Of a DNA stretch of 64,000 nucleotides, positions 37,412 through 47,747 are shown piece after piece. Every line of letters starts with the position of its first letter. The stretch's first letter is position 1. Origin of the DNA: Candidatus Babelota bacterium (GTDB taxonomy: Bacteria > Babelota > Babeliae > Babelales > Vermiphilaceae). The notes under the pieces were generated by a model. It saw nothing but the letters and a program-made list of their open reading frames with translations, ran no database searches and was not told where the DNA came from. Where the stretch lies: the NCBI GenBank assembly GCA_013287855.1, contig JABDCY010000001.1:2277-66276 (forward strand), in the 5' to 3' direction. The translations under genes were made by a program, and so were the position numbers.

Positions 37412-38311
37412 TCAACAATGATTTAAAAACTCTCGCAACCCTTTTACATAGCCTTTTACATACTCTTTATTGCGAATCAAAACTGCTTCTACAAAAAGAC
37501 CTGTCATACTCCAGGCATAACCAACAACGCGAAGTTTATTGGTTGGATAAAAATTCTTAAAAAACAAATAACTATAATTTTTGACAACCATAGCACGATT
37601 ATCAATCACCTTATCGCGTGCCAAAGGACTATTAAAATGTTGCAACCGCGCCTTAGGATTGTAAAACAATGGATATTCGCGCGAGACGCGGTACGACATA
37701 TCACAATCTTCCATGAAGGCATAGCGCACTAATTTTTCATCAAAGCGGTGTTTGCGCAACACGTGTGTGCGAAACGCCATATTACAACCGCCAAGCACTT
37801 CTACTTCTTGAAATTGCTCCTTGCCATATGCATGCGTTGGCATTCCGGACCACGTAAAGTTTCCTGAAGCATAATCACGTTGCAAAGCAAAGCTCGTGCG
37901 CACGGCACGTTGCCAACCACCAATTTTTGGTGGAATGTTGGTCACCGCACCCATGCCCCCTGCATAGTTGGGGCAAGAGCCAAAAACTGCAAGCATTTCT
38001 TGCACGTACGTTGCCTCAAGAAACACATCATCATCTATAAAAAAGATAATCTCCTGCTTTGCTAACCCGATGCCGATATTGCGTTGATAGGTAAGTCCTG
38101 GTGCAGAATGGATATAGTGCAGGCTGATAGATCCAAAATGTGCAGGAACAAAAAAATGTGTAAATTCTGGGTCGCGATACAAGGGAGAATCGCTACTATC
38201 AACAATAATAAGTTCTTGTGGCTGCTGTGTTTGTTTGATAATTGATTGCAAGCAGTGTAACAGATCCTGTTTTCTGTTACGTGTACAAATTACGATGCTA
38301 CTGGTTACCAT
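37412..38311 (-). CDS. GT2 glycosyltransferase
   Basis: IVICTRNRKQDLLHCLQSI, ELIIVDSSD and FFIDDDVFL (DXD). Confidence 0.8.
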   Translation of the reverse strand: MVTSSIVICTRNRKQDLLHCLQSIIKQTQQPQELIIVDSSDSPLYRDPEFTHFFVPAHFGSISLHYIHSAPGLTYQRNIGIGLAKQEIIFFIDDDVFLEATYVQEMLAVFGSCPNYAGGMGAVTNIPPKIGGWQRAVRTSFALQRDYASGNFTWSGMPTHAYGKEQFQEVEVLGGCNMAFRTHVLRKHRFDEKLVRYAFMEDCDMSYRVSREYPLFYNPKARLQHFNSPLARDKVIDNRAMVVKNYSYLFFKNFYPTNKLRVVGYAWSMTGLFVEAVLIRNKEYVKGYVKGLREFLNHC

Positions 38312-38936
38312 TATTTTCACCAACCACTTCTGTCGGCTGTCGTGGAGTTGTCACGCTAACCAAACTAGGCTCTTGTTGACTTTTACTTGAATATGCATTG
38401 TCCAAGCAATAGCTCCAACAATTCCTTTGATTATCAGGGTATTCAGGATCCAGAGTCATGCCACTGTCTTCAGATTTTTCTTTGTTGGTCGTTGCCCTTC
38501 CGCCCGCTGCCTCTAGTAGATAATTAGGTATAATTCCACGATTGCTAGGTAGTGCAGTAGTGTCAACGGTTTCTGTCGGTCGAGGGGTTGTTGCGTTAGC
38601 TAAAGTTTGCTGTGATGCTGAAGGTGTTAACATATCAATAAACTTTTGACCTTGCCGGCCTTGAACACTGTCATTGTTATGAGCATCAACAACTTTAGGC
38701 TCAGATTTTTTTTTCTTATCCAAAGAGGTCAAATATGTAAGTAGGTCCATGGGAATACGTTCCCCAGAACTTTTTTTACGTACCCTATGGGTAATTGGGG
38801 GTCTTGAAGGTTGAGTTCTTGGTGGTGTTGTATTCGTGCGCGTTGCGGTATTACTCGAAAAGCATTGTCCAGAAAATATGGACGTGCAAAACATACAGGC
38901 AAGAAATCCGATCATGTACTTATTAATTATTCGCAT
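38298..38936 (-). CDS. secreted Thr/Pro-rich hypothetical protein
   Basis: Leader MRIINKYMIGFLACMFCTSIFSG. Recurring TTP(P)R.(Q)PT motifs: NTTPPRTQPSRPP, ATTPRPTETVDTT, VTTPRQPTEVV. Confidence 0.55.
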   Translation of the reverse strand: MRIINKYMIGFLACMFCTSIFSGQCFSSNTATRTNTTPPRTQPSRPPITHRVRKKSSGERIPMDLLTYLTSLDKKKKSEPKVVDAHNNDSVQGRQGQKFIDMLTPSASQQTLANATTPRPTETVDTTALPSNRGIIPNYLLEAAGGRATTNKEKSEDSGMTLDPEYPDNQRNCWSYCLDNAYSSKSQQEPSLVSVTTPRQPTEVVGENNGNQ

Positions 38937-38937
38937 T

Positions 38938-40020
38938 CTACTCCTTTCTTAAACATCCTCGCACTTTGCTCATAAAATCCTGCATATTTCCTGTTGAAAA
39001 TAACACGGTGCCCTGTGGGCGCAAGCACACATCACTGGCAATAGTGGGCGTGCCAAAATACAAGGCCTCTTGTACACTCACGCTAGCGCCATCACTCAAG
39101 GTGGGACGCACAAAGAGGTCAACTTTTTTGAGCAATGGCCACAACTCTTTTTGCTGCGTAAGAATATATAACCGTTCTGTTACTTGCAACTTGTGTGCGA
39201 GAAAACAAATTTGTCTAAAATAATCCTCATCACCTATTTGAGCAAGTGCCAGAATAAAACCGCTGCGTGGGTGACTGGCAGAAAGTGCTGCTAGCATGTA
39301 CAAGCAGACATCCACACCATATAAGTCTTTACCATTAAGCAATGAAAGTTGATACGCATTTGCCAAAATAAGTGGCTCATGGTTAAACATAAAAGCATGC
39401 AATGAAGAAGGATAGGTTTTTAAGATCTGTGGTTCAGTGGCACTATTGGGCGGTAAAAATGCCGCTTCCATGGTGGTTGAAAGCGGCATATGAAGTTGCT
39501 TATCTTTATAACTTTGCTGCGTCACAGACCCAATAAGTACTAAGATATCAACCTGGTGCATAAAGGTGTTATAACGCTTAATAAAACGACTCGAACGTGT
39601 ATACAGATACCTACAATCATGATCAACAAGAATAAGCTCGTACTTAAAAATACGTTTTAACAACGCGAGCATGCGCATTTCGGGCAATGTATTGCTCACA
39701 TATGAAGTATGATAATACACCTGATCAGGACGCCGGTAAACTAACCACCCAGCAAGATGGATAAGATACACTAGTAAATAGCGGTAGCGATATTCGACAA
39801 CGGTAGAAAAGTGATAAACTTTGTTATTTTGTTGTTGAAATTTATGCATCACGCGTTGAATGTGGACAGAAATCCCGCCGAGTGGTGGCGGGCATGGACC
39901 AAGAATTGCAATGCGCTTATGATGTACCCCATCAGAATAGCGATGAGAAAATTGGCTACCATCGGGGCCAAATTGGTATTGAGCTTGAGAGTGCACAGGT
40001 GAATTTTCCCTATGTATCAT
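38938..40020 (-). CDS. GT-B glycosyltransferase (GT4/GT1-like)
   Basis: N-terminal ILGPCPPPLGGISVH. C-terminal FVRPTLSDGASVSVQEALYFGTPTIASD (E-x7-E type). Confidence 0.7.
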   Translation of the reverse strand: MIHRENSPVHSQAQYQFGPDGSQFSHRYSDGVHHKRIAILGPCPPPLGGISVHIQRVMHKFQQQNNKVYHFSTVVEYRYRYLLVYLIHLAGWLVYRRPDQVYYHTSYVSNTLPEMRMLALLKRIFKYELILVDHDCRYLYTRSSRFIKRYNTFMHQVDILVLIGSVTQQSYKDKQLHMPLSTTMEAAFLPPNSATEPQILKTYPSSLHAFMFNHEPLILANAYQLSLLNGKDLYGVDVCLYMLAALSASHPRSGFILALAQIGDEDYFRQICFLAHKLQVTERLYILTQQKELWPLLKKVDLFVRPTLSDGASVSVQEALYFGTPTIASDVCLRPQGTVLFSTGNMQDFMSKVRGCLRKE

Positions 40021-40034
40021 AGCTCCTCCTTCTG

Positions 40035-41315
40035 CTATTCAGATAAACTCGCTACTAATGTTTGCACATGATGATGCCAGGTATAGTGCGCTACTATTTT
40101 TTCTCGTGCTTGAGCACCAAGAGCGGTGCGCTGCTCATGCGAAAGTTTCATGACAAAATTGAGCGCTTCCACAAATCCCTCAACATCGTCCGGCTTTACC
40201 ACTATACCAACGTGACTGCCAAGCTGTACAGAGTGTTTTTGCAAATCTTCAATTTTGATGGCAGGCGAAAGAACTTCCGCCAGTTGTTCGATATCTGATG
40301 CAATCACCGGCTTTCCTAAGCTCATATATTCAAATAATTTTGTTGGTGAACCAAAAAATCGAGTTCCATCAGGATTAACTTGAGTCGGTGATAAAAAAGC
40401 ATCGCAGGCTGCAAGATAATTACGTGCTTGCGCTTGCGGCACCGTACCTAAAAAATGAACGCGTTCTTTGCATAGTGGCTCGCAACGCAATTCTTGTTGC
40501 AGAGAGCTGCGCAGTGGACCATCGCCGATGAGTAAGAAATGAGCCTGCGGCCAGCGGCGAATAATGGTGGGAATTATGGCAGCAAGTATATTAATGCCAT
40601 GCCAGTACGAAAACGTGCCGATAAAGCCAAATACTACCGCATCCTGCAGCCCCATAGAAGTGCGAATGTGATGGCGCTCTTGTTCTAATTTTTGTGGATC
40701 AAACTGAGTTGCATCAACGCCATTGGGATGTACAACAATTTTTGAGGCATTAACACCTTGAGCAACTAATTCATCTTTTAGTGCCTGCGAAACAACCAGA
40801 ATCGTATGCGCATAGGTGAGATTGTAATTTTCAAACCATTGCACAAAAAATCGTAAACGAACAAGCCGCTCTTTGCACCAATGTTCATCTATCCAGACTT
40901 CTGACCCGTTATATTCAAGCACCAGAGGAATGTTATAGCGTCGGCTAAGCCAAACGCCAACCACATTTAATAAGCTATAGCGTTGATAGATGAATGCATG
41001 GCTGCGCTGGGCAACTATTGATTTTGTCTTGAGAAAAAAAATAACATTAGAAAGCAGGCAAGCGAATTTGAATCCAACTTTATAGAGCCATCGCGGAATA
41101 ACAAGTGGCACCACATGTTGTGCTGGAAGTTGCGCAAGCAGATCATGCATTGCTGATGATGCAAGGTCAACTTGGTACCCAATCTGCGCAAACCCTTGAA
41201 TTACTCCAATGGTATGTGCAACTGACCCGCCAGCTTTTAACTGCTCGGTGCCAAGATCAGTACGAAGATAGAAAACGGTTCGACTAAGCTCACCGCAGGT
41301 TTTTTTTATATTCAT
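40035..41315 (-). CDS. GT4 glycosyltransferase with repeat-derived N-terminus
   Basis: GGSVAHTIGV and FLSPT...FGSPTKLFEYMSLGKPVIASD. Codons 5-12 (KTCGELSR) are encoded by a REP-like unit. Confidence 0.8.
   Translation of the reverse strand: MNIKKTCGELSRTVFYLRTDLGTEQLKAGGSVAHTIGVIQGFAQIGYQVDLASSAMHDLLAQLPAQHVVPLVIPRWLYKVGFKFACLLSNVIFFLKTKSIVAQRSHAFIYQRYSLLNVVGVWLSRRYNIPLVLEYNGSEVWIDEHWCKERLVRLRFFVQWFENYNLTYAHTILVVSQALKDELVAQGVNASKIVVHPNGVDATQFDPQKLEQERHHIRTSMGLQDAVVFGFIGTFSYWHGINILAAIIPTIIRRWPQAHFLLIGDGPLRSSLQQELRCEPLCKERVHFLGTVPQAQARNYLAACDAFLSPTQVNPDGTRFFGSPTKLFEYMSLGKPVIASDIEQLAEVLSPAIKIEDLQKHSVQLGSHVGIVVKPDDVEGFVEALNFVMKLSHEQRTALGAQAREKIVAHYTWHHHVQTLVASLSE
41277..41299 (+). repeat. 28-nt REP-like unit (partial) inside the 5' end of a GT4 CDS
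   Basis: ggttcgactaagctcaccgcagg followed by T8. Confidence 0.75.
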
Positions 41316-43267
41316 TTAATCCCATGAACTAATAAATTCTGCAATGCCCACAAGTGATAGGAATAATCCGGCGAACCAGGTTTCTGATTTTTGTTGAACA
41401 TAGTTTCAATAACCTTGATATCAAAATAATCTTTCATAGCATTGCGTGGATCATGCAACAAATCGTTAAAATATGGTTTAAAATAATGGCCTTCTTTGAA
41501 CCAGCGCGTAGTTGGTGCAGCAAAGCCCATTTTTTTACGATAAATTACATCATGAGGCAAAATTCCCTCGCATGCTTTTTTAAGAATATATTTGGTAATA
41601 CCGTTTTTAAATTTAAGTTCTTGGGGAATTTGTAAGGCAAATTCAACGAGCTTGTGATCCAAAAAAGGCACCCGCCCTTCTACCGAGGTTGCCATGGCCA
41701 TTTTGTCAACGCGCATAAGCAACAATTCTGGTAAGCGATGCTTAAGCTCCAAATAAATCATGGTTTTTAAAAAATCAGCGTGCGGATCTTGAGCAAGTAA
41801 CTTGGCCCGATGATAAGCTGCCAAGAAATGACTATCAAATCCTTGTTCAAAGCCTGGATAAATAGCTTCAACAATTGGGTCAAAAGGAGCATCCGTCATG
41901 TTCACAAATGTTTTTTTCCACTCTTCACCAAATACTACCGTGCCGCTCCAGAACAGTGCACGGTCGTGCGCCCAATTATTAAGTACTGCTAAGCGACTAT
42001 ATTTTTCGGGAAATATGGTAGAAGCTGCCGAATAGCATGCGCGGCGAGCAAAAGCAGGAATATAATTTTGTGTTACATGCCATGACTTTTGCATGGAAAG
42101 ATATTGCCCATAAAAACTGTAGCCACAGAATAGTTCATCAGACCCTTCACCAACTTGCACCACGGTAACGCCAGAATCCTTGAGTAGTTTGGCAACATAA
42201 TAGAGCGGAACACATACACAATCACCAATCGGTTCGTCCTGGAAATAGACCATGCGCTCAAAAAAATCGAACGCCTCTTTTTCTGAGATAATTATTTCAT
42301 GATGGTTGGTATTAAAATGGCGCGCTACTTTGCGTGCCCAATCAATTTCGTTATATTCCGGCCCATCAGAAAATGCGACGGTAAAGGTATTAATATCGGT
42401 AATAACTTCTGCCATCAACGCAACATTCAAACTAGAATCGATACCACCTGATAAAAAAACACCAAACGGAACATCAGACATCATCTGCTGTTGTATGGCG
42501 TTGCGCAAAAGGGTACGAATTTGGCGTATACAAAACTGTTCATCGGAAAGTAATGTTTTGTCATATTCGATGGCCGGTTTTACAGGAGAATACCATTCAT
42601 GGAACGTAATGTTTTTGTGCGCATCAACCTTGCAATAAAAACTTGCGGGCAATTTGTAGATGCCTTCATACAACGTCATAGGTGCCGGCGTGGCCAAATA
42701 CGTTAAATAATGATATAGCGCATCCTGCTTAATCTGCCTTTGGATCCAGGGCAATTGCCACAACGCTTTAATTTCTGAAGCAAAGCTCAGCACGCCGCCT
42801 TGTAGAGAAAAATATAAGGGCTTTATGCCAATGCGGTCACGAATGAGAAAAAGTTCTTGCGTTCTAAAATCAAAAATGATGATGGCAAACATCCCATCAA
42901 AGCGATCAAGAGCTTTAATGCCCCATTCTTTATAGGCATGTAAAATAGTTTCCGTGTCAGAATTTGAGCGATAGGTATAGCCAAGATCTTGCAGTTGTTG
43001 TTTCAGCTGTGGATGATTATAAATTTCTCCATTGCAGCAAACAAGAACAGTATGTTCTTCATCAATCATGGGCTGAAACCCAGCTTGGGATAAATCCATG
43101 ATGCTCAGTCGACGATGCGTAAGGCCAAGTTGGTGCTCTTGAGAAGTCCAGATGCGATAGCCATCGGGGCCGCGGTGCGCAAGACTTGCTTGCATAGCCT
43201 CAAGCAGTGCACTATCTACAACAAAAGATGATCGTGAGATATTAAAGAAACCAGCAATACCACACAT
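41312..43267 (-). CDS. asnB: asparagine synthase (glutamine-hydrolysing) family amidotransferase
   Basis: N-terminal nucleophile MCGIAGFF, PP-loop FLSGGIDSS, 651 aa. Confidence 0.9.
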   Translation of the reverse strand: MCGIAGFFNISRSSFVVDSALLEAMQASLAHRGPDGYRIWTSQEHQLGLTHRRLSIMDLSQAGFQPMIDEEHTVLVCCNGEIYNHPQLKQQLQDLGYTYRSNSDTETILHAYKEWGIKALDRFDGMFAIIIFDFRTQELFLIRDRIGIKPLYFSLQGGVLSFASEIKALWQLPWIQRQIKQDALYHYLTYLATPAPMTLYEGIYKLPASFYCKVDAHKNITFHEWYSPVKPAIEYDKTLLSDEQFCIRQIRTLLRNAIQQQMMSDVPFGVFLSGGIDSSLNVALMAEVITDINTFTVAFSDGPEYNEIDWARKVARHFNTNHHEIIISEKEAFDFFERMVYFQDEPIGDCVCVPLYYVAKLLKDSGVTVVQVGEGSDELFCGYSFYGQYLSMQKSWHVTQNYIPAFARRACYSAASTIFPEKYSRLAVLNNWAHDRALFWSGTVVFGEEWKKTFVNMTDAPFDPIVEAIYPGFEQGFDSHFLAAYHRAKLLAQDPHADFLKTMIYLELKHRLPELLLMRVDKMAMATSVEGRVPFLDHKLVEFALQIPQELKFKNGITKYILKKACEGILPHDVIYRKKMGFAAPTTRWFKEGHYFKPYFNDLLHDPRNAMKDYFDIKVIETMFNKNQKPGSPDYSYHLWALQNLLVHGIK

Positions 43268-43268
43268 A

Positions 43269-43964
43269 CTACGTCCTTATGTTATCAATTCTCCACACGC
43301 ATATTCGTTTACCGTGTCGTTTCATTTCTGGCTCAGCTGAAAGTTCTTCGAATGATATAATTGGTTCAGGAAAATTAAAAGGTTCTTTTTGCAAGTTTAT
43401 CGGACGATAATCGCCAGTCCGAATATCACAATCATTTGCAATTATACGAGTAAAGTTTGAAGTAAACAAATAGGTGATGCCGCTTTGTTTAAAATTGCGG
43501 ATCGTTTGCATAATTTCATTATATGATAAATGAATTAAACAATCTCGACATAGTACGGCTTCAACTTTTGGTAGATGATCACGCGTGATATCTAAGCACA
43601 AAAAGCAGCGTTGCTCATTGCCATAACGCGCCTGATTGCGATCGATAAGATCGGCAACAATATCAACACCAATATAGAGATCAAGATCGAGGTTAAGCTC
43701 TTTCATCCAATTAAAATCTCCGCAACCTGCATCAAGAATTGTATGAATATTAAGCAATGTAGTCATAGCAGGCAACATCGTGCGCAAACTTTTGGTAGCT
43801 TCAAGGGTTGAGCCTGGCCCAGAACAAGATTCTGTTTCTTTCCAGTGATTGGACTGATAGATATAGTTGAAAACCTGTGATCGCCAGAAGTCTGAATTCT
43901 CTGCTGCTTCATGGGCAATGAGTGCTCGATGACTCAGACAGATGAGTATTAACAATTTCTTCAC
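43269..43964 (-). CDS. class I SAM-dependent methyltransferase with N-terminal leader
   Basis: GTG start after AAGGAG. Leader MKKLLILICLSHRALIA. Motif I ILDAGCGDFNWM. Confidence 0.65.
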   Translation of the reverse strand: MKKLLILICLSHRALIAHEAAENSDFWRSQVFNYIYQSNHWKETESCSGPGSTLEATKSLRTMLPAMTTLLNIHTILDAGCGDFNWMKELNLDLDLYIGVDIVADLIDRNQARYGNEQRCFLCLDITRDHLPKVEAVLCRDCLIHLSYNEIMQTIRNFKQSGITYLFTSNFTRIIANDCDIRTGDYRPINLQKEPFNFPEPIISFEELSAEPEMKRHGKRICVWRIDNIRT

Positions 43965-44142
43965 ACATTACTCCTTGGAGCTTCTTTTCTAGTATTCGTG
44001 CAGCTTAGCAATCACAAACAACTACGTAAAGAATGGACGGTAATCAATTTTTTTATACCAAGGCTTGCAATTTACATAGCATTCCATGTTTCATGAGTTG
44101 CGTTGAGTAGTTTTTTTACCATTCATACTCAAGGAGAAGCTC

Positions 44143-44625
44143 ATGAAATATGGAGTGAACTTCAGATCGAGATATGTATTAATTGCACTATTTTTGCTAC
44201 CTGCATTGCAAGCCATGGATCATGTCAAAACTATATTCGAGGTATTTGATGAGGAGCCGCCAAAAAATCTTGATTGGGAAACTTTAACATCAAACAATGC
44301 AACATCAAGAAGCCGTTCAAATTCGGAAACATTACCCACACAACGTAACGGAACCATTCCACAACACTGGCGCCAACTTAATCAGCAATATACAGATAAT
44401 TTATTAAGAAAATTAACCGCCGAGGAACTTAGAAATCGCGAACTACAACGTCAATTGGATGAGCTAAAACAACAATTAGATGCTACAACTAACCATCTCG
44501 CCACGGCACAGAAAAAAATTAGCGAGCTCACTAATCCTGAAGATTTAGAATCACAAAAAAAGACACAAGCAGGAAAGACAAGAAGGCATACTTACGGTCT
44601 TGTCAAGAACCGGAGCGGTGAGTAA
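44143..44625 (+). CDS. secreted coiled-coil hypothetical protein
   Basis: AAGGAG SD, leader RYVLIALFLLPALQA, heptad-like ELRNRELQRQLDELKQQLD. Confidence 0.5.
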   Translation: MKYGVNFRSRYVLIALFLLPALQAMDHVKTIFEVFDEEPPKNLDWETLTSNNATSRSRSNSETLPTQRNGTIPQHWRQLNQQYTDNLLRKLTAEELRNRELQRQLDELKQQLDATTNHLATAQKKISELTNPEDLESQKKTQAGKTRRHTYGLVKNRSGE

Positions 44626-45347
44626 ACAAGGCGCAGATAAACCAGCGTAGCAAGCATGCGCGGTCCTGAACTCATAAAGCGCAATTTGCTGCCCGTCTGA
44701 TCATACCACACGGTGGGAATTTCTTTGGTGCCAAATCCATACTTTTTACACAGATACAAAAGTTCAACATCAAAAGCCCATTGTTTAAGCCGCATCGAAG
44801 AAACTACTTTTTCGATAACTTCTCGCTTAAACACCTTTGCACCACATTGGTAATCATGGTAGTTAATTCTGAACAATAATCGCACCAATGATTCATAGAA
44901 CAGTTTGCTGCCCCACCGCTTGATGCGCGGTCGCGGCGGAAAGAGTTTTGCTGCGGGCGCATACCTGCTTGCAATAGCTCCATGATGCGTTGACAAATGC
45001 GGAATCAATTCATAAAAATATTCTGGCCGTGTTGCCATGTCAGCATCCACAAATCCGATCATGGTATTATGCCGCGTGAGCGCATCAGCAAAACCAGCAA
45101 TCACCGCAAGGCCTTTGCCAGCTTCAGGGCTAACAATGCTGCGAATTTCTGAACCCCACAGTCTTTGGGCGTCGTCCACAACACGTTGCGTGTTATCGGT
45201 GCAGCCGTTGAGCACTACCAGAATTTCAAAATCAAGCTGTTCTTCTTGTTTTTTTTGCATAAAAAATTGAGCATACGCATCGAGCGTTTTACCAATGCGT
45301 TGCTCTTCGTTATGGGCAGGAATAATAATGCTAATTTTTTTCATCAT
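44592..45347 (-). CDS. GT2 glycosyltransferase (dolichyl/polyprenyl-phosphate glucosyltransferase-like)
   Basis: ISIIIPAHNEEQRI, VVLNGCTDNT and FVDADMATRPE. The track ORF starts at GTG 45356. Confidence 0.8.
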   Translation of the reverse strand: MMKKISIIIPAHNEEQRIGKTLDAYAQFFMQKKQEEQLDFEILVVLNGCTDNTQRVVDDAQRLWGSEIRSIVSPEAGKGLAVIAGFADALTRHNTMIGFVDADMATRPEYFYELIPHLSTHHGAIASRYAPAAKLFPPRPRIKRWGSKLFYESLVRLLFRINYHDYQCGAKVFKREVIEKVVSSMRLKQWAFDVELLYLCKKYGFGTKEIPTVWYDQTGSKLRFMSSGPRMLATLVYLRLVYSPLRFLTRP

Positions 45348-46305
45348 CTTGTTCACTTGATGGCAGCAAGTTATAGATACCCGTGCTGGCAGTACCTAAA
45401 ATTCCTGTCCATTTTACATACCAAGGAATTCTAGCGACTATTGTGCGAAGTGGATTTTCTTCATCGAGCCTAGATGATTGCGTATCCACAAGCAACAAAA
45501 CTCCTGAAACGGTAAGCCAACTAAGACCTCGTGGAACTGAAGAGGAATTTAATTTTTTTGGTTGCCGATGGGGTGAGAGTTTTTTTGTCACGCTTTCTAC
45601 AGGTTCCCTTATAGCCGAACTCATTTGTGCACGTTGGTCTTTCTTTTTTTGTGTTAAATCTTTTAAGGCTATAACTGAAGTTTGGTAGATCAAAGATTTC
45701 TGCCCGACTTTATCACCCCAAGCTTCTCTATCTTTTAGAATAATTGGATTTAGAAATTGTTCGACGCTGGAACACACGGTTTTAACATCTTCATCGGTAT
45801 AATCTTGAGGCACAACTACTTTGAATGGCGTTTTGCTGCTAGCCTCCACCATAGAAGTGTTTATTAATGGAATGAATTCTGATTTTTGATAAGGATCTTG
45901 ATCATCATCCCCTTCATATTCAGTCCACAACGTTATAAAATTTTCAGAATCATTAATTTCTTTTTTTTCGAACAATGTTTCAATATGGGTATTTTCTTGT
46001 GCAAGTAAGTTTTGAACTGCAGTACCAACGTCTTTTAATTTAGAAGAAAGATGCTGCACCCTGCCATTTTGTTGTGCATCAAAATCTTTGAGCAGCGGTT
46101 TTGATGTAATAAAAATTCTATCGGTCGGCTCTAACCCCACATTGATTAATTTTGAAAGTCTTTGCTGCTTTGTCTCACCGTAGATCTCTAGTCTTTTAAA
46201 ATTCCCCGATTGTCTGTGCATACTTTGAGACATCATTCCAATGCTCAGACCACAGGTCAAAATAAGCACAGCGAAAATTTTAGACATCTGCATGTTGCAC
46301 CTCAT
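45331..46305 (-). CDS. hypothetical protein with N-terminal leader and C-terminal hydrophobic segments
   Basis: ATGA overlap with the upstream gene. Leader SKIFAVLILTCGLSIG. C-terminal LSWLTVSGVLLLV and WTGILGTASTGIY. Confidence 0.5.
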   Translation of the reverse strand: MRCNMQMSKIFAVLILTCGLSIGMMSQSMHRQSGNFKRLEIYGETKQQRLSKLINVGLEPTDRIFITSKPLLKDFDAQQNGRVQHLSSKLKDVGTAVQNLLAQENTHIETLFEKKEINDSENFITLWTEYEGDDDQDPYQKSEFIPLINTSMVEASSKTPFKVVVPQDYTDEDVKTVCSSVEQFLNPIILKDREAWGDKVGQKSLIYQTSVIALKDLTQKKKDQRAQMSSAIREPVESVTKKLSPHRQPKKLNSSSVPRGLSWLTVSGVLLLVDTQSSRLDEENPLRTIVARIPWYVKWTGILGTASTGIYNLLPSSEQDDEKN

Positions 46306-47747
46306 CGCATTTTGAATTTTTTAAGCCCAATCAAACTCATGCATGCCAACAAAACTCCTCCCTGAAATCTGCTAATTTGCGAGGTTCCATATGCTCTGCT
46401 TTTGTAATGCACGGGCATATCAACAATTTTGAGGTTAAGTTTAGCAGCACCAAAAAGTAAATCAAAGTCGCCGTACGGATCAAAATCACCAAAATAGTGA
46501 CGATTGGCAACAATCGCCTCGTAATCCTTTTTAAACAGCACCTTGGTGCCGCAAAGCGTATCTTTGATTTTTTGATTCAACAACCAGGTGAAAATGAGTG
46601 AAAATCCATAATTGGCAAGCAGATTCAAAAACCGCATCGCTTGATTTTCCATGCCATACACAAGGCGTGAGCCGTTGATGAAATCTCCTTTGCCACGCAT
46701 GAGAGCATCAAAAAATTTCGGCATTTCTTCTGGCGGTGTCGTAATGTCACCATCCAAAATCATAAGAACATCGCCGCGTGCATGTGCAAAACCTTTGCGG
46801 ACCGCGTCGCCCTTTCCTTTGCCATCTTGCACAATATACTTGATATCTTTTTCTGGATATGTGGCAATTACCCGCTTGATTTCATCCAAAGTACCATCTT
46901 TGGAATGGCCTTCTGCAAAAATAAATTCGGTGTGTTTACCCATGATAGGTGTTTGCGTGATTGCAGCTTCCACATTGCCCCGCTCATTGCGGCAGGTAAT
47001 TATTACCGACACCACATAATCACGCGGATTACGTGCAACAGGAAGTGGACGTGCAACCACCCACTCATGCAAACAGAGACGATTGATGCCGGGAATAAGT
47101 GCCAGAATACTATTGAAGAACCAAGAAATTAACGGAATATTAATAGGTATCAACGTATGCCATCCCGTAATCACGGGTTCAAAATCAGCAAGATGCAAAA
47201 AATTAATCAGATCTTTGTGGGCAATCCAATTTTTGAAGGTGGTGGGTCGCCGCAAGCCTAATTTTTGAGTAAGTCGTAGCAGCGGCTCCCAAAAATAGGA
47301 ATACGAATCGATCACGAGCCGAGTGCCGGGGTGACAAAATGGTTGAAGGGACACAAAAAGATCTTGGATGTCATACGTTTCTAGAGTGATAGAAGAAAGA
47401 ATGATGTAATCAAATTGTTGTGCAGAAATTTGTGCAAGATCAGTAACAAAAGTCAAATGTGGATACGTCGCCTGAGCTTCGTGCGTGTACTGCTCATCAG
47501 CATCCACACCCACACCCCATGAAGGACGCACCGCATCGAGCACATAGCCATTTTTACCATTGATTTGCAGTACTCGCCTGCCTTGTGGAATCACAAAGGT
47601 ATAAAATTTGAGCAGCTGCTTATGGTAATAGCTATTTTTTTTGAGCCAATATGAAAATGGCTGATGCCAGGTACTGCGATTATTATTTTTTACAGATTGG
47701 TCACCCAGAAGCGCTGTTTTTTGGTGATTTGACTGTTTTTGCATCAT
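46302..47747 (-). CDS. bifunctional methyltransferase-like / GT2 glycosyltransferase fusion
   Basis: N-terminal half has a class I MT-like layout (RRVLQINGKNGYVLDAV...FDYIILSS). C-terminal half has VSVIITCRNERGNVE and ILDGDITTPPEE (GT2). ATG at 47747; the ORF is open to TTG 47795. Confidence 0.7.
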   Translation of the reverse strand: MMQKQSNHQKTALLGDQSVKNNNRSTWHQPFSYWLKKNSYYHKQLLKFYTFVIPQGRRVLQINGKNGYVLDAVRPSWGVGVDADEQYTHEAQATYPHLTFVTDLAQISAQQFDYIILSSITLETYDIQDLFVSLQPFCHPGTRLVIDSYSYFWEPLLRLTQKLGLRRPTTFKNWIAHKDLINFLHLADFEPVITGWHTLIPINIPLISWFFNSILALIPGINRLCLHEWVVARPLPVARNPRDYVVSVIITCRNERGNVEAAITQTPIMGKHTEFIFAEGHSKDGTLDEIKRVIATYPEKDIKYIVQDGKGKGDAVRKGFAHARGDVLMILDGDITTPPEEMPKFFDALMRGKGDFINGSRLVYGMENQAMRFLNLLANYGFSLIFTWLLNQKIKDTLCGTKVLFKKDYEAIVANRHYFGDFDPYGDFDLLFGAAKLNLKIVDMPVHYKSRAYGTSQISRFQGGVLLACMSLIGLKKFKMR

